Positions 29,603 to 40,228 of a stretch of DNA of 64,000 bases are shown piece by piece. This DNA is from an uncultured Spirochaetota bacterium (GTDB lineage Bacteria; Spirochaetota; Brevinematia; Brevinematales; JAOACQ01). The notes below the pieces were generated by a model that ran no database searches, was not told the DNA's origin, and saw only the letters and a list, made by a program, of their open reading frames with translations. The stretch covers positions 32,001 to 96,000 of the forward strand of contig CAVYGN010000002.1 of assembly GCA_963768055.1 (NCBI GenBank), written 5' to 3'. Within the stretch, counting starts at the first letter, position 1. Every line of letters begins with the position of its first letter. A program made the position numbers and the translations under genes.

Positions 29603-31123
29603 TTATAACTTGATAACCATAATAGTCCTGTCATCCTTTTGCAGGGTTCCTTCGAAATAATCCTCCAGCCGGATGAGAATATCGCCGATCATACTTGAAG
29701 CCGACCCGTTCTCACCTGTGACTTCGAGGAATATTTTCTCCAGTTTTTCCTTGCCCAGTTGTTTGCCTTCGGGATTAATCCCCTCGACTATTCCATCGCT
29801 GAAAAGGAGGAGAACGTCGCCGCTCCGGCAGTTTATGGAATCGGCGGTAAATTTCGCATTTTTAAAAGTACCGATTATAGGATTTTTATTCCTTACCCTT
29901 TTTACCGATTTTTCCTGCCTCGAATAATAAAGCTGATCCGTATGGCCGGCGGATATGAAATTAATAACCCGGCTTTCCAGATTAATAGAACAGGCAAAAA
30001 GAGTGGCGTAAGAATAAGTGTTTTCCAGGATCCTGGTAATGCGCTGGTTGAGAAGCGTAAAAGCCTGTGCCAGGTTGTCGAAAAATTTATTCTCAATCAG
30101 TTCCTCAACTTCCACCTTGAGAATAGCCCAGATCATAGCGGCATATACTCCATGACCGGAGGCGTCGCCAAGAAAAAGAAGCAAATTGTTGTCATCAAGT
30201 TTGTAAAAATCGTAATAATCGCCGCCTACGCTCTGCATCGGCATATATGAAATTTCCATGTCGATAAAATTCTGGATGAACTTCTGCTTATCGAGGGGAA
30301 GAAGCGATATTTGAAGGGATTGGGCCGTCCTTACGTCATCCATCATCTGACGGTTTAGTTCCGTAAGCTTTTTATTCGTATCATTGGCGCGGGTAAGAAC
30401 GTTAAGGTATTCAAAGACAAAGTTCAATGAAAGGCCTATCATAAGGATACTCGCTCCATAAGCAAAAGGTGATCCCAGGGACGAATAAAACCAGTCTATT
30501 TTCATTATTCTCAGGAGGATGTCGATAATTCCGGATAACAGGGCGGTAATTCCCGCAGCCAGCAGAGTTCTATACCGGAGCAGGTTCATCGGCGTAATTT
30601 TCCCTATTTCCAACTTGAGGATCCTGTTGAATTCATACTGTTCTATGATCCCTATTCCCGAAAGCAGTATTATCAGAAATATTTGAAAGATGAAAAAATA
30701 TCCCCTGGAATCGTTAGAGTAAAAAATGAAAATTAATATTATACTTATCGAGCATAAAATGGAAAAAGCGACCATGAAATTCCTGTTCTTTTTTTTATAA
30801 CCGTCGGTTTCCACAAAGGTCGAATCCTTTATCGATACCGAGATGAAGCGCAGGAACAGCACATAAAAAAAGAGCCCTATTATGCCGAAAACAACAGAAA
30901 ATTTATCTACGATACCCGCTTTTTCCGGATAGATATAACCCGCGAAAACCATAAGATCGGAAAGAACTATACTTGAGGCGATAATTATTATGATCGGAAG
31001 GTCGCTCCTTGAACGGAGCAATACAGGGTTCCTCGAAATAAAAATGTAATAGATCAGGGACTGGATAATTAGAAATAAGCAAAAACAAATGCTGGCAAGA
31101 TAAGATACCAGCACCGGATTCAT
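29603..31123 (-). CDS. Membrane-bound SpoIIE/RsbU-family PP2C phosphatase
   Basis: About 7 TM segments, coiled coil, VGGDYYD, GDASGHG, SAGH, SDGIVE, DDRT. Confidence 0.9.
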   Translation of the reverse strand: MNPVLVSYLASICFCLFLIIQSLIYYIFISRNPVLLRSRSDLPIIIIIASSIVLSDLMVFAGYIYPEKAGIVDKFSVVFGIIGLFFYVLFLRFISVSIKDSTFVETDGYKKKNRNFMVAFSILCSISIILIFIFYSNDSRGYFFIFQIFLIILLSGIGIIEQYEFNRILKLEIGKITPMNLLRYRTLLAAGITALLSGIIDILLRIMKIDWFYSSLGSPFAYGASILMIGLSLNFVFEYLNVLTRANDTNKKLTELNRQMMDDVRTAQSLQISLLPLDKQKFIQNFIDMEISYMPMQSVGGDYYDFYKLDDNNLLLFLGDASGHGVYAAMIWAILKVEVEELIENKFFDNLAQAFTLLNQRITRILENTYSYATLFACSINLESRVINFISAGHTDQLYYSRQEKSVKRVRNKNPIIGTFKNAKFTADSINCRSGDVLLLFSDGIVEGINPEGKQLGKEKLEKIFLEVTGENGSASSMIGDILIRLEDYFEGTLQKDDRTIMVIKL

Positions 31124-32670
31124 TGCCGAACCCTCTTACGGCTATTACCGATGACACAAATCTCATCGACGATAATCACGGACACCTCTTTTGATGCTAT
31201 TTCCTGTGCAATAGCTTCTTTTAATTCGATCTTTTTATAAGCATTTACCCTCTTTACACGTTTTACGCCAAGGCCCCTGACCAGCGATTCGAGGTCAACG
31301 GACTGTTCGGTACCGATATTCGGCTGATGCCCTGTCATGGCTGTAATATGGTTGTCAAGAATAATAAGGGTAATGGGAGTGGAGTTATAAACGGCATTAA
31401 TGAGGCCTGTCATTCCCGAATGATAAAACGTCGAATCTCCGATCACCGCTGCGGATACGATATCGCGGCCTGCGAGCCTGGCGGCCTTTTTAAAACCGGT
31501 TTCGCCTCCGACGCTGGCCCCCATGCAAACTGTTGTATCCATGGCGTTATACGGCGGAAGGGCCCCGAGAGTATAACAACCGATATCTCCCAGCACCGTC
31601 GCTTTCAATTCGGAAAGCACTTCGAACACAGGTATGTGCCCGCAGCCCTTGCACATCACCGGGGGCCTCGCCGCTAATTTCAAGCCGTATTCATCAGGGA
31701 TCCGCACACCTTTCATATTAAAGGCCCTTTTTATCGTTTCAGTGAACAATTCTCCGGCCGATGGTATTATCTCTTTCCCTGTTACTTTTATTCCGCAGGC
31801 CCTGATCTCTTCCTCGATGACCGGATCGAGTTCTTCTACAACGTATAGTTTTTTAACCGATGAGGCGAATTCCCTGATTTTATCGAGTGGAAGGGGATAC
31901 ATGGAGATTTTCATCACGCTTGCTTCAGGCAGCGCCTCTTTAACGTAATGATAGATAAGTCCATGGGTAATTATTCCGATATCCCTGTTTAAAAATTCAA
32001 TTCTGTTGCCTTCATAGCTCTCTGAAAATTTTCTCAGCATGGAGTATTTTTCAAGGAGTACACGATGCCTTGGAATTGCATTGGCGGGAACCATGACATA
32101 TTTGGATATATCCTTAGCATAACTTAGCGAGGGCTTTTTTCTCATGGCCCGGGAAAGCCCGACCAATCCCTTCGTATGAGACACCCTGGTTACGGGCCTC
32201 AGTATCGCGAGAGTGTCGAATTTTCCGGATACCTCGAAAGCCGTTTTAAGCATATCTTTGGCTTCCTGGCTGTCGGAAGGATCGAAAAGGGGAATTTTCG
32301 CAAATTTCGCATAATTCCTCGTATCCTGCTCGTTTTGCGAAGAATGCATACCGGGATCATCGGCGACAACAGCTACCAGACCTGCGTTTACGCCTGTATA
32401 AGCCGCTGTCATCATCGGATCAGCCGCAACATTCAGTCCGACATGCTTCATCGTTACAAGGCTCTTCAAACCGGCGATCGAGGATCCAAGGGTAATTTCC
32501 ATTGCAACTTTTTCATTTGTACTCCATTCGGCGTCAATTTCCGGATATTTTTCCATAATGGTTTCTATTATCTCGGAACTCGGAGTACCCGGATATCCGG
32601 CCGCCACCCAAACCCCGGCCTCGTAAGCCCCCCTTGCTATTGCCTCGTTTCCTGATAATAATTCCTTCAT
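31120..32670 (-). CDS. iorA: Indolepyruvate:ferredoxin oxidoreductase alpha subunit (short, no C-terminal ferredoxin domain)
   Basis: GNEAIARG, GYPGTPSSE, MKHVGLNVA, SSQNEQD, MC.GC.H, GDIGCY, GDSTF.HSG, TAMTGHQP. Confidence 0.9.
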   Translation of the reverse strand: MKELLSGNEAIARGAYEAGVWVAAGYPGTPSSEIIETIMEKYPEIDAEWSTNEKVAMEITLGSSIAGLKSLVTMKHVGLNVAADPMMTAAYTGVNAGLVAVVADDPGMHSSQNEQDTRNYAKFAKIPLFDPSDSQEAKDMLKTAFEVSGKFDTLAILRPVTRVSHTKGLVGLSRAMRKKPSLSYAKDISKYVMVPANAIPRHRVLLEKYSMLRKFSESYEGNRIEFLNRDIGIITHGLIYHYVKEALPEASVMKISMYPLPLDKIREFASSVKKLYVVEELDPVIEEEIRACGIKVTGKEIIPSAGELFTETIKRAFNMKGVRIPDEYGLKLAARPPVMCKGCGHIPVFEVLSELKATVLGDIGCYTLGALPPYNAMDTTVCMGASVGGETGFKKAARLAGRDIVSAAVIGDSTFYHSGMTGLINAVYNSTPITLIILDNHITAMTGHQPNIGTEQSVDLESLVRGLGVKRVKRVNAYKKIELKEAIAQEIASKEVSVIIVDEICVIGNSRKRVRQ

Positions 32671-32827
32671 TTTCCGTGCCTTATTGCTGATTGGATGATT
32701 AATAATTGTCAGATATTATAATTGTTTATAATCAAAATATCAAACTTACTTAGTTGACAAGAAACCTCATTAGTAATTAGTATATTATTGATAAAAATAA
32801 AAATAGCGGCTTTACCGGCGGAAAAAA

Positions 32828-33931
32828 GTGATTAAAGTATTACCTTTATTGATCATTCCCGTTTTAACTTTTTTAATGTCCTGCTCGCTGCAATCCAGCG
32901 ACTCAAGCGAAGGTATAATCTGGCAAAAGGACCTTAAGTCCCCACCGTCTGCCGGAATTGAGATCCATGCCGATAACCTGTATTTTGCCGATGAATCGGG
33001 AACCATTTATTCCTGCTGGATCGATACCGGCTTTATAAACTGGAAAAGACGGATGATTGATGAAAAGATCAAAATGATCTTTATAACCGATTCTGGTCTT
33101 GGCGTAATTTCACAGAAAATCGGGGGAGGGCCGCGGCCTTCCATCTTCCGCATATTTACCTTTGAAAAGGGTATTGCCGTATTTGAAACCAATTTACAGG
33201 CTAACATAAGGGATTCTTATGATTCGGACAATGCTGATGTAATCGCACATTCGCCGTCCTGTGCGGTCCTGATAAGCAGAACAGGAAAGAATATAAAGAT
33301 CTGTGATCTTTCAAGTTACACAAAAGACATTGTAGCTTTCGCCAGTTGGGGGGGAAGTTACTATGCCATTGACGGAGATTCCAGGATTCTAAGATTTAAT
33401 CCCTCGATGCGCCAGACAGGATCTTACGTTTTTAAAGGAATTTTTAGCGGCGATGCGGTATATGATAACGGAAGGATTTATATTTCAACCGATTCAGGGG
33501 TTAAAATTTTAAACACTGTCACATGGTCCCCTGAAAGCGCTGAAAACGATATTACCGGTTTGTCAAAGCCGGTGCTTTTTGACGGGATGTCCGCAGGTCT
33601 TGTAAAAAAAACAGCCGGTCCCTCACAGAGGTATTTTCTTTTTTCCAACCAGTCTTTCAAAACACCCCCCGGCAGTAATTCTTATTCCCCGATAATATAC
33701 TCGGATACACTCGGGGTAGCCGCTTTTATCGACCAGAAAGGTTACCTGAATATTGTCGACAGCAGGACGGGTTACTTTGTCTATTCGAAATTTATAGGAA
33801 ATATAAACAGGCCTTTTCTCAAGGTTTCCAAAGATTACCGTTCAAAATCCGTTTTCGTACCCTTGTCCAGCCCGGCGAAGATTTTCTGTTATTCCCTTAA
33901 ATTTGCATCGTCCCAGAAAATGCCCCGCTGA
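32828..33931 (+). CDS. Beta-propeller (PQQ-like/BamB-like) lipoprotein
   Basis: Lipobox LMSC; repeats of the type G.IY..D..TG...W. Confidence 0.6.
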   Translation: MIKVLPLLIIPVLTFLMSCSLQSSDSSEGIIWQKDLKSPPSAGIEIHADNLYFADESGTIYSCWIDTGFINWKRRMIDEKIKMIFITDSGLGVISQKIGGGPRPSIFRIFTFEKGIAVFETNLQANIRDSYDSDNADVIAHSPSCAVLISRTGKNIKICDLSSYTKDIVAFASWGGSYYAIDGDSRILRFNPSMRQTGSYVFKGIFSGDAVYDNGRIYISTDSGVKILNTVTWSPESAENDITGLSKPVLFDGMSAGLVKKTAGPSQRYFLFSNQSFKTPPGSNSYSPIIYSDTLGVAAFIDQKGYLNIVDSRTGYFVYSKFIGNINRPFLKVSKDYRSKSVFVPLSSPAKIFCYSLKFASSQKMPR

Positions 33932-36900
33932 ATAATTCTATTTTATTCCTGCCCGTATTCTTCGCCATATACAAAGCCTTGTCAGCCAATTCGATCAAGT
34001 GATCCGTAATGATCTTTTTTAACCCGTTAACCCGGTCCCAATCGGTATTCTTTTTATCGTCTATTTCAAAAACATCTCTGAGATTGTCTATGCCCAGCTT
34101 ATCCAGTATAGACTTCTCATTGTCGATAAGCGATGATACTCCGAAACTTGCCGTAATACTTGATTTTATTTCTTTAGTCTTCAGTTTCAATCCCAGGATC
34201 GAATGCCTTATCTTTTCAGCGACGAGTCCGGCTTCTCTTATAGACGTTTCAGGAAGCACTATCAAAAATTCATCACCGCCGAAACGCCCGGCCCTGTCAT
34301 AATTCCTTATTGTGTTTTTTATTGATTTCCCGACGTTTACAACAATGTCATCGCCGGCGAGATGGCCATACATGTCGTTGAACGACTTGAAATTATCAAT
34401 ATCCATCATTATAATCGAAAGGGGGCGGTAAGCCCTCATCATAATATGATCGTTTAAAAACCCCGTAATCGAAAGTTTATTCGCAAGGCCGGATAATTCA
34501 TCGATAGACGACTTCATGAGAAGCTGTTTAAATTCCATTTGTTTCATCAAAAAATACTCTACGTTAACCATAAGTTCCTTTTCTTCTATTGGTTTATGGA
34601 GATAAACAATGGCACCCTTTTCCTTCCCCTTCATAATAAGGTTTTTATCCACTACCGCGGAAAGGAAGATGATGGGTGTGTGCTTGAATTCAGGGTTATT
34701 GATCAAACGTTCCTGCATTTCGTCTCCCCGCATCTTAGGCATGTTATAATCGCAGATGATAAGATCGGGCTTGTACCGGTAAATAGCCTCCAGGCCGTCA
34801 GTCCCGTCATACGCCTGGATAAAATTACAGTAGCCCCAATTAGATAGATACGATTTAAGGATGTCATGTATCTGAACATTATCATCGACGATGAGGATGT
34901 TGGCCTTAAAAGGGTCAAATTCATTTTCAAGGTTAGGGTCTTTTATCGACGCATGAAAAGTATTAAGCCCGGTTTTGTCTTCTATGCTTCCCTGGACAGC
35001 CTGCCTGTAATAATCTTTGCTGTCGCCGAATAAAAGATCCGGTTCGCTGTCGAAAACTACCTTTTCATCCGAATAATCGAAAATATCCCTGCCTTTTTTC
35101 AGTTCAATGATAAATTTGGAACCCTTCCCTATTCCTTCCGATTCGGCCCTTAAAGTGCCTTTTAAAAGCGAAACAAGCTGGCGGGCAAAAGAGAGGCCAA
35201 TGCCTGTCCCCTTGTTTTTACCCCGCCCGCTGCTTTTGATCTGCTCAAACCTTCCGAAAATAAATTCAAGTTTGTCAGGGGGTATCCCTATGCCGTTATC
35301 CTCTATTATCAGGCATACCGATTGAGGGCTGTCATGCAAAATAATTTTAATTAAGCCCATACCGGGCTCTACAAATTTTATGGCATTCGAGATAATATTA
35401 TGCAATATCTCGTCCAGTTTCTCTATGTCGGAAAAAAATTCTTCAACTTCATTTTCCGGGAGATCCTTAATAATTCGTATCCCGGAAGAAGAAGCCGCCG
35501 ACCTGTAGAAATCAATAATGCCGTTCAGATATGAACACAGCGGGATTTTCCTGACATGCACTTTCATACCGCTTGCGTCTATCCTTGCAATATCAAGAAG
35601 CTGGTCGATGGAATGTTTGAGAGTTATAGAAGCGTTATAAATAGTTTTAAAACGTTCAGAAGTCACTTCCGCATTAAGGTCCCCGGGATATTTTTGCGAA
35701 AGGTCCGCAAGATTTAAAACAACCGTGAGGGGGTTCCTGAAATCATGTGTCACATTTGTAATAAAATCATTTTTCAGATTATCCAGTTGTGATAATTTTC
35801 TATTGGATTGTTCGAGTTCCTCCGTCTTTCTTCGAATTATTTTCAAATTTTCCGCTATTTCATCCCTGGCCGTTCTCAAATTATCAAGAGTTATTGAACC
35901 GTAAAGGGCGCTGGACAATTGGATTGAAAAACTGTAATAAATTCTTTCGTCCGACTGGTTCGGTTCAAAAAATATAAACCCGAGAAGTTTGCTCCTAATA
36001 TGGAGGATATGAAAATAATAGACATGCCTGGATTGATCCGGAAATAATACCCTGTTGAATTTTTTCGGCAATTTGTCAAGAAGGTAAGATTTACCGTTCC
36101 TTAAGCTGTAAGTCATTCCCTTTTTTTTAAGATTTATATCATTGATCGAATGCAGATTGAAAAAGAGGAGATAATTCATAACCCCGGTCTTCAGCATATT
36201 CTCGTAGAGGACACGGTTGATTTTCCTAATATCATAGGTCGTGACGATATTCTGGCTTGTATCCTGGATCAAGTCGGAAGAACCGCGTTTTAATGCTTCG
36301 TTATAAACCAGGGCGAACTCGGTTTTCTGCTGGAGGAGCAGGAGCACTTTTAATACCATTTTTTCAGCTTTTGAAACCTGTTTCGGGTCGGTGAAATTCG
36401 CAGAGACAAAAGAATAGAACCAGAAGATCTCCTTTTGTATGTCATGAATCACATTGATGGCGCGTACGTGAATGTAAAAGTCATTGTTTTCAAGAGTTTT
36501 ATTTATATAATCGCCAAGGCATTCAAGATAGATTCCATCCTCCAGATTCAAAATCTCGAGCAGTTCTTCACCGTTAAGGACCTGCGGACCTTCGTGTTTT
36601 ATTTTTCGATACCTGTCCAGTAGCCTGTCGGAATCGGCAGATACGCCTATAAGTTTCGCACCGGCCTGTAAAACATTCAATTCGTCAAGGGTTTTACATC
36701 CGCATGAATTACGGAAGTATATCTTCGCAGGAACGACAGTCGCCATACCTGTATCGACGCCATCAATAATATCGGTGATTTTTTTACAACCGGCATAGCC
36801 GATCTCGAAAAACGGGAAATATACAGCGGTTATGGGAGACTTGGCGTATTTCGCCCTGTCGTCATCCTCCCAGCTCACGATGGCTACATCGCCCGGTACC

Positions 36901-37568
36901 TTGTAACCTCTGGCTATCAGATTATCCATTATATATGCGGCCTCATGGGTATACATAGAAATTAATGCGTCTACCGGGGCCTTTCTTTCATCGAAGAGCA
37001 AATTTACGATCTTTTTAGCCCTATTAAATGTATAGTAGTCTTTTTCCACATAACAATCCTCGCTTTTGACAACAAGTTCGGGCTTAAAAATCCCCCTCTC
37101 CTTCATGAAATTTTCATAGCAGATATATCTTTCGTCCGATGTAATAGGCTGGATGAAAACTATATTTCTGTAGTTATGGTAGTCATAAAGATGCGCGAGA
37201 AGTTCCGTCAGATGTTTGTCGGCGTTTATAATTACAGACGGGACGTTTTCGATTCTTCTTCCCAGGCTTACAACAGGCATTTTTTTTATTGACTGTATCC
37301 GTTTTAAAAAAGAACGCTCATTTTTAACCACACGCAGGGTCCAGCCGAGGAACATCAGACCGTCGAGCTCGACTCTCTCGAGGATGCTATAGATATATTC
37401 CATCTGGTGTTTATATGTCCTGTCCCGCTGTTCATGTTCCATAGTGAAAAATAAAAGGTTAATATCCTTTTCCCTGGCCGCTTTAATAACCCCTTCCAGC
37501 ATCTGAATCTGAAAGTTTTCAAAACTCGCTTCGGCAAGATAACCGAGCGTTAATCTGTCATTTTTCAT
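33897..37568 (-). CDS. Hybrid protein: LacI-type ligand-binding domain, histidine kinase, receiver, GGDEF diguanylate cyclase
   Basis: VPGDVAIV/PITAV/RNSCGC; HDFRNPL, NAIKF, DNGIG, GTGIGL; ILIVDD..DYNMP; DIDNFK..ND..GH..GD, RFGGDEF. Confidence 0.9.
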   Translation of the reverse strand: MKNDRLTLGYLAEASFENFQIQMLEGVIKAAREKDINLLFFTMEHEQRDRTYKHQMEYIYSILERVELDGLMFLGWTLRVVKNERSFLKRIQSIKKMPVVSLGRRIENVPSVIINADKHLTELLAHLYDYHNYRNIVFIQPITSDERYICYENFMKERGIFKPELVVKSEDCYVEKDYYTFNRAKKIVNLLFDERKAPVDALISMYTHEAAYIMDNLIARGYKVPGDVAIVSWEDDDRAKYAKSPITAVYFPFFEIGYAGCKKITDIIDGVDTGMATVVPAKIYFRNSCGCKTLDELNVLQAGAKLIGVSADSDRLLDRYRKIKHEGPQVLNGEELLEILNLEDGIYLECLGDYINKTLENNDFYIHVRAINVIHDIQKEIFWFYSFVSANFTDPKQVSKAEKMVLKVLLLLQQKTEFALVYNEALKRGSSDLIQDTSQNIVTTYDIRKINRVLYENMLKTGVMNYLLFFNLHSINDINLKKKGMTYSLRNGKSYLLDKLPKKFNRVLFPDQSRHVYYFHILHIRSKLLGFIFFEPNQSDERIYYSFSIQLSSALYGSITLDNLRTARDEIAENLKIIRRKTEELEQSNRKLSQLDNLKNDFITNVTHDFRNPLTVVLNLADLSQKYPGDLNAEVTSERFKTIYNASITLKHSIDQLLDIARIDASGMKVHVRKIPLCSYLNGIIDFYRSAASSSGIRIIKDLPENEVEEFFSDIEKLDEILHNIISNAIKFVEPGMGLIKIILHDSPQSVCLIIEDNGIGIPPDKLEFIFGRFEQIKSSGRGKNKGTGIGLSFARQLVSLLKGTLRAESEGIGKGSKFIIELKKGRDIFDYSDEKVVFDSEPDLLFGDSKDYYRQAVQGSIEDKTGLNTFHASIKDPNLENEFDPFKANILIVDDNVQIHDILKSYLSNWGYCNFIQAYDGTDGLEAIYRYKPDLIICDYNMPKMRGDEMQERLINNPEFKHTPIIFLSAVVDKNLIMKGKEKGAIVYLHKPIEEKELMVNVEYFLMKQMEFKQLLMKSSIDELSGLANKLSITGFLNDHIMMRAYRPLSIIMMDIDNFKSFNDMYGHLAGDDIVVNVGKSIKNTIRNYDRAGRFGGDEFLIVLPETSIREAGLVAEKIRHSILGLKLKTKEIKSSITASFGVSSLIDNEKSILDKLGIDNLRDVFEIDDKKNTDWDRVNGLKKIITDHLIELADKALYMAKNTGRNKIELFSGAFSGTMQI

Positions 37569-37758
37569 TTTCCGGACACCCCGATCTGTAAAAAAGATAC
37601 TTAATTATATTTTGATCATATTATAATAAACACTACTGCGCATTGCAAATAAAGCGGAATGGCAGTTATGTTAAAAAATATTTTGATTTTCCCTTGACTT
37701 ATCATCATATAATCACTATATTCGGATATATCAATATTACGATGTATAGGAGGGAAAA

Positions 37759-38238
37759 ATGATTTTAACGAATTTAATTATAAGTTCGATTTTTGCTTTT
37801 GAACTCGAGGGGTCCTCTTCCCGGCTTTTGCAGAATGATGTTTTTTTAGAACAACGGACGGCTCCCGGAAAAATGCTTTTTTTTAGCGATGAGGATATCT
37901 CGAAAACCCTCGATTATGTTCAAGCCTTCAATCTAGTTTACCAGGATATTTATGTATATACCAAACCGGCTCTATATAAAGAATACTCGGTCGACGGTCA
38001 GAACTATACCGCAGGCGAACTCAATCCCGTAGCAAATATGTTCTTTAAAAACAACCTCTGGGATCTAGCTTTCGTTTCAGCCGGCATTTTCAATTATTTC
38101 ATGTTCAACAGCGAATACATCTCCACCGCTTATTCAATAGCTCTCGATATCCTTGAAATATGGGCGATTTCCACCTGGCAGTCTACAACTACCCGCCAGA
38201 TAAGTGTCAACGCAATTATTTACGAAAAGACGTTTTAG
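37759..38238 (+). CDS. Hypothetical protein, probably exported
   Basis: RBS GGAGG; TTGACT-N17-TATATT upstream; ends in F. Confidence 0.55.
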   Translation: MILTNLIISSIFAFELEGSSSRLLQNDVFLEQRTAPGKMLFFSDEDISKTLDYVQAFNLVYQDIYVYTKPALYKEYSVDGQNYTAGELNPVANMFFKNNLWDLAFVSAGIFNYFMFNSEYISTAYSIALDILEIWAISTWQSTTTRQISVNAIIYEKTF

Positions 38239-38297
38239 TCTCAATCGAGAGTCGGTCGATAGAGAATAGACAATTGACCGGTAACTGTCGACCACCG
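38237..38297. repeat. Degenerate 7-mer tandem inverted repeat
   Basis: AATCGAG AGTCGGT ... GACAATT GACCGGT AACTGTC GACC. Confidence 0.4.
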
Positions 38298-38373
38298 GAT
38301 GTTTTGCTACAATTTTTTGATTAAAAATTTTTTATGTTCCATAATATGTTACAGATTTAAGATATAGCGGAGG

Positions 38374-38877
38374 TTGAATACGGTACCCGATCAAATACCT
38401 GATTTTGAATTAGCTCCCTCGGATGTCCTTGAGTTTTCGGTCCAGTTCGAGGAAAGAAGCAAAACTTTTTACGATAATTTGTCAAAATTGATGAAAGACC
38501 AGGAAATAAAGGAGTTATTTTACTTATTGTCCGGCGAGGAGGCGAAGCATATAGACATCTTCAAGAAAATGCTTTCCGATCCGGAAAATAAAGCCAATTT
38601 GATAAAATCTCTTCCCGACCACATAGAATATCTCCATAATTTTCTAAATATGACCATATTTTCAAAAGACACCCTTTCATTAAAACTGCAGAGGGTGAGG
38701 GATATCGAAACATGCTTCGAATTCTCAATGGGCATGGAACTTGACCAGATACTTTTTTATAATGAGATAAGGAATTTCCTTTCAGACAAGCATAAAGGCA
38801 TTATTGACTCGGTGATCGAGGAAGAGAGAAAACATTTCGTAAAGATAATGCAGATCAAGCAGCAAAAGGGATACTGA
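38374..38877 (+). CDS. Ferritin-like/rubrerythrin-family protein
   Basis: E...FY, EEAKH, E...FY, EERKH di-iron pattern. Confidence 0.85.
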   Translation: MNTVPDQIPDFELAPSDVLEFSVQFEERSKTFYDNLSKLMKDQEIKELFYLLSGEEAKHIDIFKKMLSDPENKANLIKSLPDHIEYLHNFLNMTIFSKDTLSLKLQRVRDIETCFEFSMGMELDQILFYNEIRNFLSDKHKGIIDSVIEEERKHFVKIMQIKQQKGY

Positions 38878-38881
38878 ATAT

Positions 38882-39823
38882 TCAACCGTCAAGCAATTTT
38901 AGAGACAGTTCAAGGGCTTTCTCCATACTTTTCCCATCAGCAACGCCTTTTCCGGCAATATCGAACGCTGTGCCATGGTCCGGCGAGGTCCTTATCAAAG
39001 GGAGGCCGAGAGTCACGTTGACGCCGTCGTCAAAATGCAGAAGCTTGAACGGGGCAAGGCCCTGGTCATGATACATCGCTGCGACGCAATCGAATTCTTT
39101 TCTGAAGGCCCTGTAAAAAGCGGTGTCCGCGGGAATCGGACCCTCTACACAAAGACCCGCGTCGCGATATTCATTGACAACCGGACTGATAACTTCCATG
39201 TCCTCAGAACCCAGAAGACCGTTTTCCCCGGCATGCGGGTTGAGGCCGCAAACGGCGATCCTGTAAGATTTCCCCTCGTATTTCTTCCCGAATAAAAGAG
39301 CGTTATCCAGTGCAGTCCTCACCGAATCGCCGGTAATTTGTCCGGGAACATTCTTCAGGCTTATATGAATTGTAGCCAGGATTACTTTAAGATCATCAGA
39401 AAAAAACATCATGCTGACCCGCTTGACCCCGAATTCCCGCGCCAGAAAAGTAGTATGATCCGTGAATTCCGGGTGGCCCGATCTTACAATAAGGTCCTTC
39501 GATATCGGTGCAGTTACAATAGCCCCTGCATCGCCATCTTTTACCATCATGACTGCCCTTTTTAAAAAAAGCCAGGACATAGCGCCTGACTGGACATCCT
39601 TAATCCCGGGACTGAAAAGAAAAGAAAGGCCTTCGGGAGGGTCTATCCGGACAAAAGGGATATCCTTTAAGCCCTTAAAATAGCGTGTATATGAAAAATT
39701 GTCGCCTACCAGTATAAAACGCCGTCGTTTATCCGGTGGAAAATTTTGTAACGATTTTGCACATATTTCAGGCCCGATGCCGTTCGGGTTACCGAACGTT
39801 ACAGCGATCTTGTCATTTTTCAT
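38882..39823 (-). CDS. pdxA: 4-hydroxythreonine-4-phosphate dehydrogenase (PdxA family)
   Basis: G.PNGIGPE, TAPISK, GLNPHAGE, AMYHDQG, RTSPDHGTAFDIAG. Confidence 0.93.
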   Translation of the reverse strand: MKNDKIAVTFGNPNGIGPEICAKSLQNFPPDKRRRFILVGDNFSYTRYFKGLKDIPFVRIDPPEGLSFLFSPGIKDVQSGAMSWLFLKRAVMMVKDGDAGAIVTAPISKDLIVRSGHPEFTDHTTFLAREFGVKRVSMMFFSDDLKVILATIHISLKNVPGQITGDSVRTALDNALLFGKKYEGKSYRIAVCGLNPHAGENGLLGSEDMEVISPVVNEYRDAGLCVEGPIPADTAFYRAFRKEFDCVAAMYHDQGLAPFKLLHFDDGVNVTLGLPLIRTSPDHGTAFDIAGKGVADGKSMEKALELSLKLLDG

Positions 39824-40196
39824 TATATATTTTAACTATTGTTTCCTTGGCCGGAGAGTTGAGATTGTTGGATATCAGGCATCTTCCTTCGAGTACAACC
39901 CCATTCTGAATGATAAGTTCCGGTGTTTTGATGTCGCCGAGGACACGCGCTGTCGGCATAAGCATTACACGCGTGTTCGCCTTTATGTTGCCGATCACGA
40001 CCCCTTCGATAACGATGGAAGACGCTTCCAGGTCAGCTTTCACTCTTCCTACTGGGCCTATAAAAATTTGATCGACTTTGAGTACCGAACCTTCGAATTT
40101 TCCATTGATCTGGATAGTTCCATTGATTAAAAATTTTCCTTCAAAATACGACTTTTCACCAATTATGCTGTTTGTAAATTCACTTTTTAGCGCCAC
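39813..40196 (-). CDS. Bactofilin (polymer-forming cytoskeletal protein)
   Basis: SIIG...FEG, I.G.FEG, IEG.V.GNI, A.V.GDI, GVVLEGRC. Confidence 0.88.
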   Translation of the reverse strand: MALKSEFTNSIIGEKSYFEGKFLINGTIQINGKFEGSVLKVDQIFIGPVGRVKADLEASSIVIEGVVIGNIKANTRVMLMPTARVLGDIKTPELIIQNGVVLEGRCLISNNLNSPAKETIVKIYNEK

Positions 40197-40228
40197 TTCA
40201 AATCTCCTGTCTGGAATAATGGGGAAGA

